Positions 59,721-64,000 of a stretch of 64,000 bases of DNA are shown here, piece by piece. Made by a program: the position numbers and the translations under genes. The notes beneath the pieces were generated by a model. The model saw only the letters and a program-made list of their open reading frames with translations. It searched no databases and was not told the DNA's origin. This stretch comes from Squalus acanthias (lineage: Eukaryota), in the NCBI GenBank assembly GCA_030390025.1, contig CM059425.1, positions 174,346,001 through 174,410,000 on the forward strand, given 5' to 3'. Each line of letters begins with the position of its first letter. The stretch's first letter is position 1.

Positions 59721-60613
59721 CACCAGTGGACTACAAAACTACTGGCTTTCCCAGATTCTGGGTGCATTTATGTTGCCATTTGGGTCCCACAACACAATCT
59801 GTGACCTGAAATGGATTTTATTCTTTCAACATGAACATGGTATGTGAACCCCAGCACAGAACCATGCAGATTAACATCTGCTTTCCTAGAAGGTGTCAAA
59901 ATTTGAAAGCAATCATTTGTGTCATGCTTATTTGAAGGGGAAAGAGAATGGAAGGTGGCAACAGGCTACCCTATGCAAACATGGCTGATAATACTCATGA
60001 ACTAAGCACAAACAGAAGCCAAACACAGGTGCAGCAAAGCTCGATCTATAACTAGAATTAACAAACATATACCACTGCAGTCTTGAAGTAGCACTTCACA
60101 TATACAATTGGTGGGTGGCCTACAGTATAAATCCACCCCAAGGAATTCTAGAATAATTGTTGTCTGTTGCACACTCCATAACTTTGTCCTGAGGCTTCAG
60201 CAACATCTTAATGATCAATATAGCAAAGCCACGGCAGAGTAATAGGGTGAAAATGCCAATGAACATGAGCAGTACCATCATCAATGCAGCAAAGAAAACT
60301 GGTACGCTAGACATTAATTCCAGATGCCTTCAAGGGATGTCACAGTCGAACCATTTTGTGAAGGTAAACCAATCTGCTATTTAACCGTAGCTAAACTATC
60401 TTTCCTGCACTTTCCTACTTAGCTCTTCAAATACCATCTATTGCCATCTTATACTGGGCTCCTGCTATGCTGTAACTGTTACACACCCTATCTTGAGCGG
60501 GTTCCTTTTCAGGCATGCACTCCAACTCACCGACAGCTTTGCACGCCAGCAGTACAGGCACATAGCCCCCATGATTTTGTCCATTAATGTTCGAGGACAG
60601 AAAATCATGGGAC

Positions 60614-60953
60614 AACATAAGAACGTAAGAATTAGGAGCAGGAGTAGGCCATAAGGCCCCTCGAGCCTGCTCCGCCATTCAATAAGATCATGGCTGATCT
60701 TCGACCACAACTCCATTTTCCTGCCCTATCCCGTATCCCTTGATGCCCCTAGAGTCCAAAAATCTATCTATCTCAGCCTTGAATATACTCAACAATTCCG
60801 CATCCACAGCCCTTTGGAGTAGAGAATTCCAAAGATTCACAACCCTTTGAGTGAAGAAATTCCTCCTCATCTCAGTCTTAAATCGTCGACCCCTTATCCT
60901 GAGACTATGACCCCGAGTTCTAGACTCTCCAGCCAGGGGAAACAGCCTCTCAG
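60614..60953 (-). mobile_element. CR1 3' fragment
   Basis: ESRTRGHSLRIRG, FFTQRVVNLWNSL; tail. Confidence 0.88.
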
Positions 60954-61389
60954 CACACAAACAAATTCCTAAAATGTACTCCCAGCATGCAAAGTTCTGC
61001 ACTGGGAGCAAGAAAGATTGAAAACTTACTCCAACTTCATTTCAGGAAACAGCACAAAAAAAAGTAGATTATTACATTATCAAAGTGTAACTTCTCAAAT
61101 GTTTTCTGTCTAACTAACTGTACAGTGGAAAATCTGCCAGAAACTGCATTACCATTCAGAAATTTACGAACATGACAGTTCACCTATAATGTTTTGAATT
61201 ACTTGGCAATATATTTTGGTTACCTCTAATCATGTAGGGGCTGGGGTGAGGGAAGGCATTTTATATATTTACAATAAAATGTTCATGCTAAAACAAAAAC
61301 TCACAAAGTTTCAAAGCAATTTGATGGCCAGTAAATAGGCACTAAATGTGTCCCAGCTGTAGTTATTAGAACATTACTATCCAGCTTAC

Positions 61390-61511
61390 CTGATTGCTGA
61401 GAGTGAAGCGTCCTCTTAGGGTATGTTTTACTGCGAGTTCTCTGTACGTTCTGATCAGGCCGTGGAAGCTCAATGGACTGGTCTCGGTTTAGTTGAAATG
61501 CAGTCTTACCA
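61390..61511 (-). CDS. epb41l4a: EPB41L4A exon (122 bp): GKTAFQLNRDQSIELPRPDQNVQRTRSKTYPKRTLHSQQS
   Basis: Acceptor ttttgagcag, donor gtaagc; phase 2 to 1; matches the SGRTALQ..LPRPDQNV.R.RSKTYPKR segment. Confidence 0.93.
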
Positions 61512-61985
61512 CTGCTCAAAAACAATTCAGTATAGTTTTACTATTTAAAATTTATATACTTTTATATATGTAACTATATTTGTTATATTTATTGTATTTA
61601 TTATTTCTTGTATATAAATAATTTTTAATTTACAAAATGCCAAAACGTCCAAACATATGCTTATGTTGATAATCCGCTTATATCGGCAAAAGTAGAACAG
61701 TCCCCCAACATGTCAACGTAAGTGGGTAGGACTGTGCCAGTGAAATCAATCTACGGGCCTAATTCTAGGTGTGAAGTCCAACTCGTTACTGAGCACAATT
61801 GTAGTATGTAGTTATAAACTGGAACAAAGCTAAAATTACATGTGCAAAACCCATGTGTCAATTAATAGTCTTGGCTGTACATATGCACATTTGTTGATGG
61901 GAACTGGAAGAGTCTCTCAGTTGGAGAGGTCGCTCAAATGGGAATGCTGATACAATGAGCACAGCACCCAATCTCAAAATGAGAT

Positions 61986-62344
61986 ACGACAACAACTTGC
62001 ATTTATATAGCACCTTTAAAGTAGTAAAACGTCCCAAGGCGCTTCACAGGAGCATTATAAGACAAAAATTTGACACCGAGCCACATAAGGAGAAATTAAG
62101 GCAGGTGACCAAAAGCTTGGTCAAAGAGGTAGGTTTTAAGGAGCGGCTTAAAGGAGGAAAGAGAGGTAGAGACGCGGACAGGTTTAGGGAGGGAATTCCA
62201 GAGCTTAGGGCCGAGGCAACAGAAGGCACGGCCACCAATTATTGAGCGATTATAATCAGGGATGCTCAACATGGCAGAATTAGAGGAGCGTAGATATCTC
62301 AGGGTGGGCGGGGGGGGGGGGTGCGGTTGTAGGGCTGGATGAGA
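61986..62344 (-). mobile_element. L2 LINE 3' end
   Basis: LRSSNS..L.IP, GGRAF..LGPKLWNSLP, FKPLLKTYLF; (TTG)-type tail. Confidence 0.88.
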
Positions 62345-64000
62345 TTTTTTTTTTAATTCGTTCATGGGATGTGGGCGTCACTGCAAGGCCAGCATTTATT
62401 GCCCATCCCTAGTTGCCCTTGAGATGCTGGTGGTGAGCCACCTTCTTGAACCATTGCAGTCCGTGTGGTGAAGGTTCTCCCACAGTGCTGTTAGAGAGGG
62501 AGTTCCTGGATTTTGACCCAGCGACGATGAAGGAACGGCGATATACTTCCAAGTCAGGATGGTGTGTGACTTGGAGGGGAACCTGGAGGTGGTGGTGTTC
62601 CCATGCGCCTGCTGCCCTTGTCCTTCGAGGTGGTAGAGGTCGCGGGTTAGGGAGGTGCTGCCAAAGAAACCTTGACGAGTTGCTGCAGTGCATCTTGTAG
62701 ATGGTACACACTGCAGCCACGGTATGCCGGTGGTGGAGGGAGTGAATTTTTAAGGTGGTGGATGGGGTGCCAATCAAGCGGGCTGCTTTATCTTGGATGG
62801 TGTCGAGCTTCTTTAGTGTTGTTGGAGCTGCACTCATCCAGGCAAGTGGAGAGTATTCCATCACATTCTTACTACAGTTGTACACGGCCTTGGTGAGACC
62901 ACACCTGGAGTACTGTGTGCAGTTTTGGTCTCCTTATCTAAGAAAGGATATACTTGCCATAGAGGGAGTGCAGCGAAGGTTCACCAAACTGATTCCTTGG
63001 ATGGCAGGACTATCGTATGAGGAGAGATTGGCTGACTAGGCCTGTATTCACTAGAGTTTAGAAGAATGAGAGGGGATCTCATTGAAATGTATAAAATTCT
63101 GACAGGGCTAGACAGACTGGATGCAGGGAGGATGTTTCCCCCGGCTGAGGGGTCTAGAACGAGGGGTCACAGTCTCAGGATACGGGGTAGGATATTTAGG
63201 ACTGAGATGAGGAGAAATTTCTTCACTCAGAGGGTGGTGAACCTGTGGAATTCTCTACCACAGAAAGCTGTGGAGGCCAAGTCACTGAATATATTTAAGA
63301 AGGAGATAGATAGATTTCTAGACACAAAAGGCATCAAGGGGTATGGGGAGAGAGTGGGAATATGGTTTTGAGATAGAGGATCAGCCATGATCATATTGAA
63401 TGGCGGAGCAGGCTCGAAGGGCTGAGTAGCCTACTCCTGCTCCTATTTTTCTATGTATCACACTCCTGACTTCTGCCTTGTAGATGGTGGAAAGGCTTTG
63501 GGGAGTCAGGAGGTGAGACACTCACCGCAGAATACCCAGCCTCTGACCTGCTCTTGCAGCCACAGTATTTATGTGGCTGGTCCAGTTAAGTTTCTGGTCA
63601 ATGGTGACCCCCAGGATGTTGATGGTGGGGGATTCAGCGATGGTAATGCCGTTGAATGTCAAGGGGCGGTGTTTAGAACCTCGCTTGTTGGATATAGTCA
63701 TTGCCTGGCACTTGTGTGGCGCGAATGTTACCTGCCACTTATCAGCCCAAGCCTTAATGTCATCCAGGTCTTGCTGCATGCGAGCATGGACTGCTTCATT
63801 ATCTGAGGAGTTGCGAATGGCACTGAACACTGTGCAGTCATCAGCGAACATCCCCACTTCTGACCTTATGATGGAGGGAAGGTCATTGATGAAGCAGCTG
63901 AAGATGGTTGGGCCTAGGACACTGCCCTGAGGAACTCCTGCAGCGATGTCCTGGGGCTGTGATGATTGACCTCCAACCACCACAACCTTTGTGCTAGGTA
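62345..64000 (-). mobile_element. Family-B LINE (62345-62865 and 63457-64000) split by a CR1 insertion; runs off the window
   Basis: RT motifs [10 protein letters not shown] and FADDCT; halves rejoin across the TSD ATCACA. Confidence 0.9.
62866..63456 (+). mobile_element. CR1 3' fragment nested in the family-B LINE
   Basis: LVRPHLEYCVQFWSP; ATCACA TSD at 62860-62865 and 63457-63462. Confidence 0.9.

Larger units (their letters stand above)
2526..61511 (-). other. epb41l4a: EPB41L4A (band 4.1-like protein 4A / NBL4) gene body, partial: 11 coding exons of the post-FERM C-terminal region
   Basis: Eleven exons with GT-AG boundaries and compatible phases splice into one stop-free frame (GKTAFQLNRDQSIELPRPDQNVQRTRSKTYPKR...APWEENGPQSGLY...[20 protein letters not shown]...AKEELWKHIQ...KEIPYTKVETQGNPIRIRHSHSPRS...TDLVPPLPVTR). 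This is collinear with the vertebrate EPB41L4A C-terminus as I recall it. 5' exons and the last exon are outside the window. Confidence 0.95.

Noticed and set aside
60120..60314. 64-aa hydrophobic ORF on the minus strand that looks like a membrane micropeptide or extra exon
   Set aside because: No recognisable family, no convincing splice-site pair, and the EPB41L4A frame is already continuous between the 61390 and 49440 exons.
61512..61517. NAGNAG tandem acceptor (GAG CAG) at the 61511 exon
   Set aside because: GAG is a rarely used acceptor, and there is no evidence of alternative use from sequence alone.
1..64000. CRISPR arrays, operons or other prokaryotic/viral systems
   Set aside because: No regularly spaced repeat-spacer array and no prokaryotic gene organisation; the window is spliced vertebrate DNA.

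Overview
Vertebrate genomic DNA, almost certainly from a shark or other cartilaginous fish (HE1/V-SINE, Deu-domain SINE, HER1-like CR1 LINEs). The whole window lies inside one host gene on the minus strand. Eleven GT-AG exons (61511 down to 2526) splice into one open frame matching the C-terminal half of EPB41L4A (band 4.1-like 4A/NBL4); the FERM-domain exons and the last exon lie outside the window. The introns are packed with nested transposable elements: many CR1 and L2 LINE fragments, four SINE families, Tigger/pogo elements, MITEs, and four copies of a two-gene PIF/Harbinger transposon (DDE transposase plus a convergent, intron-containing Myb/SANT partner). One Harbinger copy is nearly intact. 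The most unusual signals are three short TSD-flanked Penelope-like insertions carrying ultra-minimal hammerhead-ribozyme motifs whose stems covary. Two of these are near-perfect palindromes (87-bp and 254-bp arms) that place the ribozyme motif on both strands. The Harbinger Myb partner also carries a C-terminal AT-hook-like motif. All family assignments are by eye or from memory of consensus sequences, and many element boundaries are approximate.
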